This document shows positions 37,820 through 51,098 of a DNA stretch of 64,000 nucleotides, piece by piece (within the stretch, counting starts at the first letter, position 1; every line of letters starts with the position of its first letter). Source of the stretch: Lepidodermella squamata (lineage: Eukaryota > Animalia > Gastrotricha); contig JBLDXI010000001.1 in assembly GCA_047495785.1 (NCBI GenBank), positions 1,054,001-1,118,000 of the forward strand. The letters run 5' to 3'. The notes beneath the pieces were generated by a model. The model made no database searches. It was not told where the DNA came from and worked only from the letters and a program-made list of their open reading frames with translations. The position numbers were made by a program, and so were the translations under genes.

Positions 37820-38887
37820 TCAACTTAGAAAGCGTTCAATTTCCTCTAAATTTGTAAAATTATACATTTGACTCAGTCGGTTGCATTTAACAGATATGAC
37901 TTTTGTCCAGTCGAGGTAATCTTCCACGCGGTGGTCGTAATTCCGAGCTGGAAATCGGAAATCATAACAAATCCTAATAATTTCAAATAAATTTGAAACT
38001 CACACTGGCATATACTGGGATTTTCATATGTCGGGAGTAGAGCTGGTAAAGGTTTATTTGGTACCAATACTGGAATTCCTTCGAATTCAGATCGTTGAAG
38101 AGGGAATACGGTGTCGTAATCGTAGACGTATTGCTGGAAATAAAAGACAATTTTACCAATTTTTTCAATATTTTTGGACAATTCCTACGTCGCCATGAAC
38201 TAGAGGCAGTCGAATTAGGACGTCGTTCGATTTTTTCGGATTAATTTTCAACACATTAGTAATTTCTTCGCCATTGGACTTGCGGATAGCTTCCATCGGG
38301 AAAATGTCGACATAAGGCCACCGCCATTCACCGTCAAAGCTCGCCCGCGAGCCTTTCAGGGCCGGTGAAGATGACGAACACTTCATAAGCTGCCACAGGG
38401 GCGAGCTGTAAATTTTAAAGCCAGGATAAATCGATTTAAACGACGAATTTCTCGCTGCTACATCGTTAGTCATATTCGCTAGGTAATCAACGTCAAGTTT
38501 GGTAGGAAGCGTTGGGTAGATGACAATATCCATATCATCGTCCCAGGGGATGAACCGGCGACCGTGCCTGTACCAGCCGAGCAGGGTCCCGTATTGCAGG
38601 GAATAGGTTAAATTCGCATTAAGCAGCATCTCGATACAACCGGCAAGTGTTGTAGCCATCGCAAGGCGTTCATCGTCGCTTAAAATCGCGGCGAATTGAG
38701 TTCGAATCCGGACATCTCTCGTCGGAAATCTGCCAACGTGATTCGTGTCAAAAACCGAATTTTTCGGTGTAGTATCCGATTTTAAAGCGATGAATCGATG
38801 CAGTATTAAAATAGAAACCGAGAAGCCGATGAAGATTTTGATAGGTAAAGAAGATGAAATGCTGGCGAAGAGCGCACCTCCTAGCAT
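37820..38887 (-). CDS. LicD-family phosphotransferase, copy 12 (3 exons)
   Basis: GTLLGWYRH; IPWDDDMD; exon 3 YDHRVE...YNFTNL. Confidence 0.88.
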
Positions 38888-39220
38888 GTTATCATGGCTT
38901 TCTCAACCTGACCATCTAAAAAACAATCACAAGACCATTTATTGAGGGCGAATATTGCATGGGTTATTGACGTGGGTCAGCTGCAGGCTAGTTACATGCA
39001 AGCTCGTGCCGTGGGCTTGAAACGATACGTTATCTATTATGATGAAAAAAGAACGAAAAACGCGGGTGGTAATTACACCAGTTTAATTGACGCGCCATAA
39101 CGGTCATCATCTTAGAAAAACTTTATTGGCGGCAAAAGTTGAAACACAAAAAACAATAGAGCGCTTATAACACATCATGTATGTATATTTCTATATACGC
39201 GTGTGTGTACATATATAAGA

Positions 39221-40344
39221 TTAGTAGTCGAGGTTTGTAAAGTTATACAGATGCGTAAGTTGTTGACACCTGACAATGCTCAGCATAGATCCATCGACGT
39301 ACGTTTCACTCGCGTGGTTGTAACCGCGGGCTATAATGAAGGGACATGAGTGGAGAAAACATAACGAGAGCTAATGACGAGGCTTACATTGACAGGTGTT
39401 GATATCGTAGTTTTGCTCAAGCACCTTTTTCGGCTGCCGTGGCACTAATACGTCGAGGCCCTCGAATGTTGACTTTTGCATTGGGAAAATCCAATCATAG
39501 GAAAAATCGACAACCTGAGAAAAAAAGATAAAACCATTTAAAATATCTAAAGCGAAGATCTTACCTCCCCATACACAGGCGGCTGTTTGATAACAATATC
39601 TTGTTGAGCTTCGATTGAATTTGAAAGACTTGAATTGTTAACCACGTCGAAGATCGGCTGGTCAGTTTTCTTCGAATAGGCAAGTAGGAAGAATATATCG
39701 ACTAGAGGCCACCGCCAACCCCATCGCGAGACTTGTTGCGATACTTTACTCGAGCTTGAGTAGCATTTCAAAACGCCGGGATAATCGGGTATTTCCATTA
39801 TACGAAAGCTTGAACCGAATTTCGCCTCAAATGCCTCATTTCCCCTCGACGCTTTTCTCAATCGGCCGATGAGGTAATTTGAGTCCATTTCGACCTGGGA
39901 TGAAGGAAATACCGCGATATCGACATCGTCGTCCCAAGGTATAAATTTCCCACCATGCCGGTACCAGCCAATCAGGGACCCGTAGAATAAAGAATATGTC
40001 AAATTGGCATTTCTCACCATTTCCAAACAGGCCTCGAGGGTGAAAAGCATAGCTTGCCGCTGGGTTTCGTTCATAAAAATTGCGTAGTGTTTCTTGAGCT
40101 CTTCCGGCGATAGATCACTTCGATAGGTCTCCCCGTCTCGGAATATTGTTTTCGGGCTCCGCATTTCTAATTCAAATTCGTGAAGGTCCATCCTATCCAT
40201 CGATTCTTTACCTCGCCAAATTACGCCCGAATCCGGATGGACTTGATTTAGGATAATGTTGAACATGCTGATTGTCACGGACAGGGTGGTGAAGAAAACC
40301 AGCAGACCACATGCTCTCACGTAGTACGATACTACTGATGTCAT
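39221..40344 (-). CDS. LicD-family phosphotransferase, copy 13 (3 exons)
   Basis: GSLIGWYRH; IPWDDDVD; exon 3 YNHASE...YNFTNLDY*. Confidence 0.88.
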
Positions 40345-40570
40345 TTAACAGCTTAATAGTATAGTCAAAAGACCTCTTGTTTGTAGACTGTTTCAATGGC
40401 CTAAATATTAAGCAAACTATGCAGTGTTATTGTAACGCGCGTGATAAAAAGCTATTATTTGGAGAGTAAAAAAATATGCTGCTTAGCTGGCCCCTCGTGT
40501 CAAGAGAATCCCCGGTGCATGAGCGTTTTTTTATAAACCAATTATTTTTAAGGTAGCTTGCTTTTTATTA

Positions 40571-41639
40571 TCAGCTTTCAGCATTCAGATTAGTAAAATT
40601 GTACATAAATGAAAGCTCTGAGCAGTCAATTTCAGCTCGCAGCGCTGACTTATTGATTTTTCCTTCAATCTTATGATCCGCTGTTCGGCCTAAAAAAAAC
40701 GGAAAATTATGAATCATGAAGGTTACTTCGTTTATGCATACCTTTGCATCGTTTAATATTCTTGTATTGTCGAGTCAGCACTTCGAACGGCTTGTTTGGA
40801 ATAGGAACTGTGATTCCCTCAAACTTGTCCATTTTCAGAGGAAAAATCCAATCGTGGTCGTAAGACGTCTAAAATAAGGAAAGAAAGATGCCGAGTTTTG
40901 AATCATGAAAATCGCCTACATTGCCGTACATTTCAGGATCTAAAATTTCGATGTCATCCTTATTGATATAAGGGTCGTGAAAGACATCGCAAATCTGTTC
41001 ACTCGTCGATTTTGAATTCGCCCGCATAAGAAAAATGTCGATAAAAGGCCAGGTCCAGTAAACCTGATCGATCGGCTTTGAAACACCCTCCCTGTAGCCC
41101 CAGCACTTCAAAATGTTCCAATAAGGGCTCTCGAACACTTCAAACTCATAGACGCCGTATCTGTCCTCGAAAACAGGATTATCTTCTTTAGCTTGGTTCA
41201 GTTTGTACTCCAGCTGGCTGGCAGTATCGCATTCGCTGCTTGAAGGATAGACTACCAGGTCGATATCATCATCCCAGGGCACCATCTGGCCACCATGACG
41301 GTACCAGCCTAATAAAGATCCGTAATGCAGGGAGTAGTTCAACTTGGCCAATTTGAGCAACTCGGTACAGCCTCGTAAGGTCAGCTGCATGAATTTCCTC
41401 TCCGCTGCAGTCATCACCGGCGAAAAAGCTTCACGCAAAGTATCGCCAGCTTTATGTTCACCTAAATGCTTCAGTCCAGCTGGATGCTTTGATTTGGCTG
41501 GAATTTTGTCTATGGGTCCATCGTGTCGCTTGATCTCCGGGTAGCTCGGTGACTTTAACACTAGGAGTAAAGTGGCGATGCAGAAAAATGCTATTATTAG
41601 GAGCAAATGCCTGATTCGATATAAGCTGAAAACCGGCAT
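40571..41639 (-). CDS. LicD-family phosphotransferase, copy 14 (3 exons)
   Basis: GSLLGWYRH; VPWDDDID; exon 3 ADHKIE...YNFTNL. Confidence 0.87.
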
Positions 41640-41823
41640 TTGAATTAGCTCCAAATGCGTTAACTATGTACCGAGCTTGAAAATTAGCTTGAGTGTGAAA
41701 ACAACGCAATATGCGGGCAGCTTCTTTAAACAAACAAGCCCGCGAAATGGCACCGTATCATTTTAATTTCATTAATTGCAAGACGTATTAATTTCACAGG
41801 TAAAAATAGTAGTGTCAAATACT

Positions 41824-43837
41824 TTATTTTTGCTTGGAATCTCTGTTTGATACCACAGCGGCTGTAAGTTTTGGCCAGTAATCACTCCAGAACTGAATTT
41901 CAAAGTGAATAGAGGCTTCAATAAAAAAGGTGTAGAAATTAAATTACTTTACACTGCCGAAGCTTCAATTCGCAGATGAAATCGTCTTTTTCGTAGTGGA
42001 CTATCGTCGAGTTGCTGAGCTCGAAATACCGATGGGAGCATTCATCACCGGTGAAAGTTGGCCATTCTCGCAGCTTACTGCAAGAGTTTGATGAGAAGGC
42101 GCTATTGTTGCCATTGGGATTCCTTATAAGCCCATTTTAAAGTTAATAGATTAGGGCTAACAGTCATTCGAAGTAAAATACCCTGTTGTCACGAAATTGG
42201 ACCAATATTGAAGCAGCTTCTTCGAAAACGTCTTTTCATCCTCGGCGTAACCGTATTCTGCTGCATACGGAGCCATTTGCTCGCCCCAGAGAAAGCTCAA
42301 CTCGTCACCATGAAGAACGCCCATCCATTCGGGTACCAAACCCTGTTGAAAACAGAATATTTCCTAGCCATTCAAAAATTGAGATGATACGAACCAAGGA
42401 AGGTCTGTGAGTGAAATGATAAGCATAAACGGGGACTTTGTGGCTAGCAACGATTTTAGCCCATTCGAACGTAGGACAAGAAAAGGCGTAGTCACCAACA
42501 GCCTGGACGGCCGCATCAATGATTTCACTCCCCTGAGGAATGCCATTGCTTCTCGGCCAATAATGAAGCTTCATAGCTTGAAGCTGGAGAGGGTCCAGTT
42601 GAGGATCAGGTGAACCTGCGAGAATTCGATAACCAACTGTCAAAAGGTCTTCGTAATGTGTTAAATTCAGATTATCCACCGAAGTAACGTTATCTTGAGG
42701 CGAGAATGGCAGTAAAGCTTCAGCAACTGGGCTTTGCAGGAAGAACCAAGACCCTTCATCTCTATCATCACCAATTATTATTGGGACCTTTGCGAAGTCC
42801 CCGGCTAGTAGCATATCACGAGGATTCCTCGGCACGAAATCGCCATCGACAAATGGCCCACTGCCAAAACCGGTTCCTTGCGAAAGCGGGTACAAATCAG
42901 CCCGAGCAATGTCCATAGCATCAACTGATCGGAAGCACGAAATCATCTCTGTAACATTTTGCGACGTTGAATTCCCACATTTTGGCGATATTGATCTATA
43001 AGCTTGATCCATAATGAGTTTTACCGTTCTATTTGAGTACTGGGCCCATTCAGCTAAAGCACTCCCTGACTGTAAAATCGCCCTGTGGAATAAATTTCGG
43101 CTGTAGGGTGACAAAATTAGGTAGGAAACTGTGACAGAACCAGCACTTTCCCCGCCAATAGTAACACGGCTTTTATCACCACCGAAACTGCCGATGTTGC
43201 TTTGAATCCATCTTAAAGCTTCAGTAGCATCCCAAAATCCCGCATTAGCAACGGCGCCTTGGTCATTTTTGCCGAAATACGAGAAACCAAGAGTTCCTAT
43301 GCGGTAGTTCAATGTGACTACTACGACATTTCCATGCCCACTGAAAATAGTGCCGTTATAGGTGTAAGTCATGCTGGTGCCAGAAACGAAGCCATTTCCG
43401 AAAATGAATGTGTATACTGGGATGGGTTTATCTGCCTCGCCCTTAATCACAGCGTCTAGAGTTGCTTTCGGCACCCAAATGTTTAGCTGAAGACAATCTT
43501 CACCGATAGTTGAATTAGCTGGAATGGTATCTCTGACGAAATTCATGAAGATATTTCCGCCAAGGACTTGAGTACACGTCGTTGCAGGTTTTGTCGCGTC
43601 CAAAACTGAAGTCCATGGCCGTTTCGGGACTGGCTTAGCAAATCGAAGTTTCCCAATGGGTGCCTCGGCGAAAGGGATTCCCGTGAACTCGTAAACATCT
43701 TGCTTATTAGTCGCGACTTGAATCAGCCGACCACGAATAGGCCCAACTGTAGAATTAACTACAACAGTCGGTGGAATTTGAGCAGTCCCAGCGTGTATAA
43801 AAATTGATAAGATAACAAAAAAATGAATTAAAGACAT
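41824..43837 (-). CDS. Secreted type-B carboxylesterase, cholinesterase-like, copy 1; exons 43837-42395, 42342-42182, 42122-41948, 41892-41824
   Basis: Signal peptide; FTGIPFAEAPIGKLRF; EDCLQLNIW; GESAG nucleophile; DEGSWF; WMGVLHGDEL; ends FWSDYWPKL... Confidence 0.92.
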
Positions 43838-45081
43838 CTGAAAAAGTCACAAATAAAAACTGTTAAGCTATGTATTTAGCTTTCCATCAATGCACCTATT
43901 CTTGCTGTATTTTTTTTTCGTGATAGTATTCGTAATGCCTCTATATTGCCGTAGCTTGAAATGATAAATAGCTGGCCCGTGTATAAGACATTACATCGTA
44001 GCACTATTTTATACAAATATTTCTTAGTCTGTACGAAGAAATGAATACATCGCAGTATGTGGAGCGCAGAAATTAAATGAAAACCTTGATATCAAGGGCA
44101 TGAACTGCAGTTCACATTCTTCGCTGGTATAATTGTCATTGTATAGCCGGCATCATTTAAAATATGACAAGTTGATAAATCTTGGCATCTAGCCATGCAA
44201 TACAAAAAGGGGCAAGTGACAGGGAGCAATGAATGGATGCTGATGGCTGAAAAGTACAAAAATCGTGGTTCAATTTGGGACATAACGGATACATACCTAG
44301 TCAAAGAGGTAAGAGAGTATGAAATCTGGTTGAAATTTGGGCGGATGCGGGCAATTTGAGAAATTGAAAATGTGGCGAATTTGAAGAAAATCGCCTCGCT
44401 TGACCAGGCCTAAAAACTAAAAAGGTGTGATTTTCGACTATATGAAACAATTTTAATTTTAAATTTTAAATTCAGCGAGAATTCTGAGAGCGTAAAAGGT
44501 CAGCAAGTTGTTAAATTTAATGCGACAAATTGCCAATTGCCGAGGTCAATTTTGCAAATATTACCCAGCAACAAATTTTTTTCAATCAATCCAAGTCAAA
44601 TCAGGATTTGAAACAACCTGCTCTTATCTTCAAGTTCACCTAATAATAATTCAAAATGTGTTCAAGCTTACATCTGCCTTCAAAGCACACCGACTCAAAG
44701 ACCGCAACTTTTAACAACAACAAATCGTGGCTTCGGTCCGAATCACACTTTTTTATTACGTATACCATGTAGAATTTTATCATTCATGAAATTCTTTTAT
44801 TCAATTGTTACTACATATTTTTCATGAATCAGCCGGGTTGGCAACTAAAAATCGGAGCCTCGAGGATTTATTTATGATATACGTGATATCCTATCGAATC
44901 TACGTGGATAGTTCCACAAAAGCGATGAAAAGAATTTGTGGCAAAATCACATTGAGTGCAAAATATCGGGCGTGAACAATGCGAAAAATGACAGGCTTGT
45001 TAGGTGCGAGGAACACGGCAAATGCACCAGCCGCGCTGTATGAGTTGATTTTAATACACCCGCGCAGTCCTGTATCGAAAA

Positions 45082-46227
45082 ATGTTTAAGGAAGACGAAC
45101 CGCCGTGGTGTTGCTTCTTTCACTCGGTTCATTCCGGGTCACTGGCAACATGCTGCCACGTGTTTTTCAGCGGCCTCATCGACTTTGCCGTGTTCACAAT
45201 TGTCTACTTTTGCGCGATTACTACACCAGCAGCCCCGCCTGTAATTTACGCCGACGAGGAGATCGACGCCATATCATCACACCATCTAAACGGCAGGAAG
45301 ACTACAACCACCCCACGGTCAGATATTCCGCAGCTCATGTCAACCAAAGAGCAACTCGGTTACAAAAACGGAGCATTGTTCATCGCTGCCTTGGACATTT
45401 ACGGCATCATCGTCACGGCAATGCTTCTATCAGAAGTCATGCAGAGAAAGCATAGATTCCTTAATACGTGGGTCTACCTCATCATGCCAGCTTACATTTC
45501 ACAAATAGTCGGGCCAATTTACCTGGCGTACATTTTCTTAACCCATCGAACTATGCTGGTTCGTTTAATTTTGAAGATTTCTCTGGGGTTTTAAATTGAT
45601 TTTAAACAGCCTTATATCCATATGACTTGGTTTCAATTCATAAGTTCAGCTTATGTGACTTTCTGGCTAATGCGAAATTCTATAAATGTGAGTAATGATG
45701 ATTGAATTTAAACGGCTGAAAATGATGATTTTTTCGTCCAGTTTTACACGATTTATTGCGTGAAGATGTACCGGCATGTTTTGCTAACCTCTGGCACGTC
45801 AGCAGTCAGGCGTTCGTCAATGGAATCCGGGCAGCGAGAACTGGCTCTCAAGCGCCGAGCTGCTGCTAATGAGGCGAAGCTGAAAGTTCCGAAGCCAAAG
45901 CCTCGAGCTGAACTTGAATTATTCCGCGTATCGGCGATGCATTTCGCTAATTTCAACATCATGGCAAGCAATGCTTTCGTGCCAAACCCAGCTGTTCCTG
46001 TTACTACCACTGTGCCGGTTGATGATGACGATAAGCCCCGGGATGCCGAACGAATTCAGGAACGCCGCCTCGAATGGCTGCAGCAACGTATGAAATCGCA
46101 GTACATGCAAAAGCGGGGCACGACAAGTCCCATCGCGGCAACTGCGGACAGTCAGCAGCCGAAGGGTGTTCTGAAAAGTCCAAATAGCCCGCCAATCCTC
46201 AGTCCTTTACATGTTACATTCAAGTAG
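45082..46227 (+). CDS. Uncharacterised 4-TM membrane protein (LAPTM-like layout); exons 45082-45558, 45610-45687, 45742-46227
   Basis: N-terminal CC..H.V..G motif, four hydrophobic segments, polar C-tail; two phase-0 GT-AG introns join the ORFs in frame. Confidence 0.7.
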
Positions 46228-46265
46228 TTTGACGTTGCTCCTCGATTATTTTATTCTTCTTGCAA

Positions 46266-47460
46266 TTATGACGCTTCAAGATTTGTCATGTTGTACATGA
46301 AAGTCAGCTTGGAACACGGAACTATTCCCAGCTTTGCCGTAGTAGCGCTTTCTCGCGAGTGATCGAAGCCTCGTGCTGCAATAAAAACGAGAAAAAATGA
46401 GTCGAATCGTGTTCATAATAAAAATAACTCACTCTGGCATATTGCTATGTCAAACGACGTCTTTCTCAATGCCTGCCTTGGGTCATTCGGGACGTTAACG
46501 TCGACACCCTCGAAAACGGCGGGCCTCAGTGGCATTATATCGTCATAGCTGTAAATTATCTGCAAGAAAACGAGTGATAATGAATATGAAATCTTCAAAG
46601 CTGAATTTATGAGTGGCTTCGAAAGGAAAGACTCACTCAAAGTTGGAGTTTCCTTGCTAATAATTTTACTCACATTTAACGCCAAATTCAAACTGTATTT
46701 TCATCATTATTTGGCGTTGCAAGTTGCAAGGCGAATTGTTAAAAGTTACACTGTCCCAGCGTTACGGTATTTGACACTAAACTTGACCAAAACAAAATCA
46801 AAACACATTTAACGTGAATTCACTTACATTTCCCAAGTTAACAGGATTGTGGAATGATATGTCGCGTTTCGGTTCATGCCTCTCGATATCGGAAATAATT
46901 TCGCCAGACGAGTTAGACATTGGAAGCATCAGCATGATATCAACATACGGCCATCTCCAATCTTTCGATGCGATGCGCTTTGTTAGTTTTGATGACTTGG
47001 GGTAGCATTTCAGCATATTGATCGTGGGCAAGTCGATCACTTTTAAATCGCCGAATATCGAACGAAACGTTGCGTTATTTTCCAGCCGCCGTTCAATGAT
47101 CTCTGCGTAATAAGCAGAAGGTTTCGTCAGTTTCGGTAGGGTGATCAAATCGACATCATCATCCCACGGAATCATGTTGCCTCCGTGACGGTACCAGCCG
47201 AGTAAGCTGCCGTAGTAGATGAAGAATGGCAGGTCGACAATTCGCAGAATTTCACTACAAGCTGCCAGGGCAAGCTTTAGCGCGTCACGCTCTTCCTTGG
47301 TTAATACAGGTGCGAAGTATTCAGCCATCTCAGCTTGAGTCAAGTTGGCGCGGAAGACTTGCTCCGATTGCAAAGATATGACGAATATAGCTATGGGAGG
47401 TAGCGTGGCTAAAATCACTAGCAAGCATCGACGCAGAACGATAACCAATTTTAGTTTCAT
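46266..47460 (-). CDS. LicD-family phosphotransferase, copy 15 (3 exons)
   Basis: GSLLGWYRH; IPWDDDVD; exon 2 IMPLRPAVFEGV; exon 3 FDHSRE...YNMTNL. Confidence 0.86.
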
Positions 47461-48419
47461 TCCTATTATAGGCTCGAATACTTTAGCGCGATAGTTGTGT
47501 TCCTGCGCTGGACAATTTGCTGGACGATTATACGAAATAACGCCCCTTAGCATATAGGTTTCATCAATATAGCATATAGGTTGTAAATATACAAATCTTG
47601 TCTTCCCTTTGCCCCTTGATATAGGTTGCTATACACTGTAAATATACAAATACTGTCTTCTGTCTTCCTGTACGGCATATAAAAACCGCCCGAGAGTGCT
47701 AACACCGATGAGTGCTCATACGCATCATATGATATATGGTTGCGATGACGTGGGTGCACTCAGGTAACACTGGCACCCTATTTTTACACTTCGACGCCCA
47801 TAGATGAGACAATGCCTAGACAAGTCTTGGACAACAACTCATACGCCGCACTAAAAGCTCGTTTTTGCCCATCAGTGTGGATGTCTATTTCGGCATCACA
47901 CTCCTTTTATTTTCCCTATGATAAATCTACATGCAAGGCAACATCGGTCCCGCGATTCTAAATATCACGCAAGAAATTTAAAAGAACTGTAGGAATTTTA
48001 TTGGCATAATTTTCACAATCGGGATCGCCGAAGTGCTAATCTTGATTTTTACCGAATTATCCAGTCCTCCTCTCGCCTCTTGTCAGCCGTTTTTAGTAAA
48101 AATCCTCCTAATGGACTTGAGTAAAAATATGTACACAGCTCCCAATTGAACATTTCCTCAAATTGTACTCAATTTCAAAACACCACGGCATTTCATCATT
48201 TTTTCATTATTTTTGAGTTTGAGCTGTGAAAACTGACGAATCTCATGTTATGAAGTTACGAAATTCCACTTGAATTTGCAATTTGCTTCGGCGAACTTAT
48301 TCATGATATCCTCATATTCTCATGATCATATCCTCGAATCTAAACGGTATCCTTTTGATTTTTACTGTCGTTGGCAAATTTTCGATTTTTATAAAAAAAA
48401 TATTTGTTGCTATTATTTG

Positions 48420-50427
48420 TCAATTAAACTCTGAGTTCCTCGATACCACAGCAGCTTCTAGTTTTGGCCAGTAATCACTCCAGAACTGAATAAAGGAAGA
48501 AAATTTGAAATCAAATAAAAGCTAAAGAAAATTAACTTTACTTGACACTGCCGAAGCTTTAATTCGCATATGAAATCGTCTTTTTCGTAGTGGACTATCG
48601 TCGAGTTGCTGAGCTCGAAATACCGATGGGAGCATTCATCACCTGTGAAAGTCGGCCAGTCTCGCAGCTCATCGCAAGCTTGAGCTGAGCAGGAATCTTT
48701 ACTACCATTGGGGTCTCTTTTCATTCCATTTTAGCGTTAAAATGAATAAATCTAATGAGTGTGTAAAATACCCGGTTGTCACGAAATTGGACCAGTATTG
48801 AAGCAGCTTCTTCGAAAAGGTCTTTTCATCCTCGGCATAGCCGAATTCTGCAGCGTACGGCGCCATTTGCTCGCCGAAGAGGAAGCTCAACTCGTCACCA
48901 TGCAGAACGCCCATCCATTCAGGTACAAAACCCTGTTGAAAATTGAATAGCTCATGGAGATTATTAAATATACAATCCGATGATACGAACCAAAGATGGT
49001 CTGTGAGTGAAATGATATGCATAAACAGGGACTTTGTGGCTAGCCACGATTTTCGCCCATTCGAACGTAGGACAAGAGAAGGCGTAATCACCAGCAGCCT
49101 GGACGACCGCATCAATAATTTCACGTCCCTGAGGAATGCCATTACTTCTCGGCCAGTAATGAAGCTTCATAGCTTGAAGCTGGAGAGGGTCCAGTTGAGG
49201 ATCTGGCGAGCCCATCAGAAGTCGATATCCAATTCTCAAAAGATCTTCGTAATGAGTCAAGTTCAGATTATCCACTGAATGAACATTGTCTTGGGGCGTA
49301 AAAGGCAGCAAAGTCTCGGCGATAGGGCTTTGTATGAAGAACCAAGACCCTTCGTCTTTATTATCGCCGATTATTATCGGAATTTTTGCGAAATCCCCGG
49401 CTAGCAACATATCACGAGGATTCCTCGGCACGAAATCGCCATCAACAATTGGCCCACTGCCAACACCGGTTCCTTGCGAGGATGGATACAAATCTGCCTG
49501 TGCAATGTCCATAGCATCAACAGATCTTAAGCACAAAATGATATCGGAAGCGTTTTGCGATGTTTGATTGCCACACTTCGGCGAAATAAATCGATAAATT
49601 TGATCCATTATGAGTTTATTCGTTCTAGCTGAATGCTGAGCCCACTCTGCGAAAGCAGTGCCGGATTGTATTATCGCGCGGTGGAATAAATTTCTACTGT
49701 GGGGTGATATAAGCAGGTAGGAAACAGTAGCAGCCCCGGCGCTTTCTCCACCGACAGTTACATGGTCCTTATCCCCGCCAAAACTAACGATGTTGCTTTG
49801 AATCCATCTTAAAGCTTCAGTAGCATCCCATAGCCCGGCATTGGCTACAGCGCCGAGGTCATTCGGGCCGAAATACGAGAAGCCGAGAGTTCCGACTCGG
49901 TAATTAAATGTGACAACTACGACATTGCCAAGTCCGCTGAAAATTGTTCCATTGTAGGTGTAAGTCATACTGGAACCAGAAATAAACCCGCCGCCGTAGA
50001 TGAAAGTGTAAACTGGAATGTTCTTCAGGGCTACTCGGCCTTCAATCACGCCATCCAACGTATTTTTCGGTACCCAAATGTTTATCTGAAGGCAGTCTTC
50101 GCCGACTGCTGAATCTACAGGGATGGTATCTCGCGTAAAGTTCAATAAAAGACTTCCGCCAAAGAATTGAGTGCACGTGGTTGCTGGTTTTGTTGCGTCC
50201 AAAACTGATGTCCATGGTTGTTTTGGGACTGGTTTTGCAAATCGAAGTTTCCCAATGGGTGCCTCGGCGAAAGGGATTCCCGTAAACTCATAGACAGGTT
50301 GTTCAGCTTGAATTAACCGACCTCGAATAGGTCCAGCTTTAGTATTTACTACGACGGTCTGCGGATTTTGAGAAGTCACAAGATTCAAGTAGATTGATAG
50401 GATAAGACTAATCCCCAGCAAAGCCAT
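48420..50427 (-). CDS. Secreted type-B carboxylesterase, cholinesterase-like, copy 2 (4 exons)
   Basis: YGGGF oxyanion loop; GESAG; DEGSWF; WMGVLHGDEL; same intron positions as copy 1. Confidence 0.92.
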
Positions 50428-51098
50428 TTTCTATAAAACTATCAGAGAGCTTCCAACTCTAATGCAGTTTTTCATCAACGCAAGAAATGGTATATTCTTT
50501 TTACTACTTTCTCATGGAGCATTCATGTACACCGGTAAAAAATAGCCGACTCAGTATGTATATGCGATGCCTAGCCCTATACAAATATACAGATGCGGGG
50601 ATATAGTAAAAACAACCGCGATAGAGAGCGCAATTCTCGGTGGTAAAAGTCCGATAACGCCTGGATGATGTGTAATTCACTGATAATAAAGGGTCGAAAG
50701 GAGCGACCTGTTGAAAACTATTGGCTAACTGGGTTAATTGGGTGAAGATGCCGAAAAAGGGGAACTTTGATGACCGCGGCGATTGGTGGGGGATTGCTCT
50801 TTTCTCTTTCCCTAGCAAAGTTTTTTCGGTTTCATATTGTGATTACCTATTACGGCACTCTTATGGGAAATTCGATCATAATCAAATATCAGGTTCTCAG
50901 TCTCATCAGCCTTTTGGCGGAGCTAACGCGAATTCGACAAACTAAACCCAGTTTTCTTCTCACTGAAGCGTCAATAGACCATCTTGTTTTATACGCGGTT
51001 CAGCTTGCCGGCCATCGGCCAGATTTGAGTAAAGGTGTAAATGGATATCCCCTAAATTCACGATTTTCGCAATACCACAGTGGAGCAATTTTTTTTAT

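Noticed and set aside
41824-50427. Calling the esterases true acetylcholinesterases (ace)
   Set aside because: The loop before EDCL lacks the choline-binding Trp (Torpedo W84), so only cholinesterase-like is supportable.
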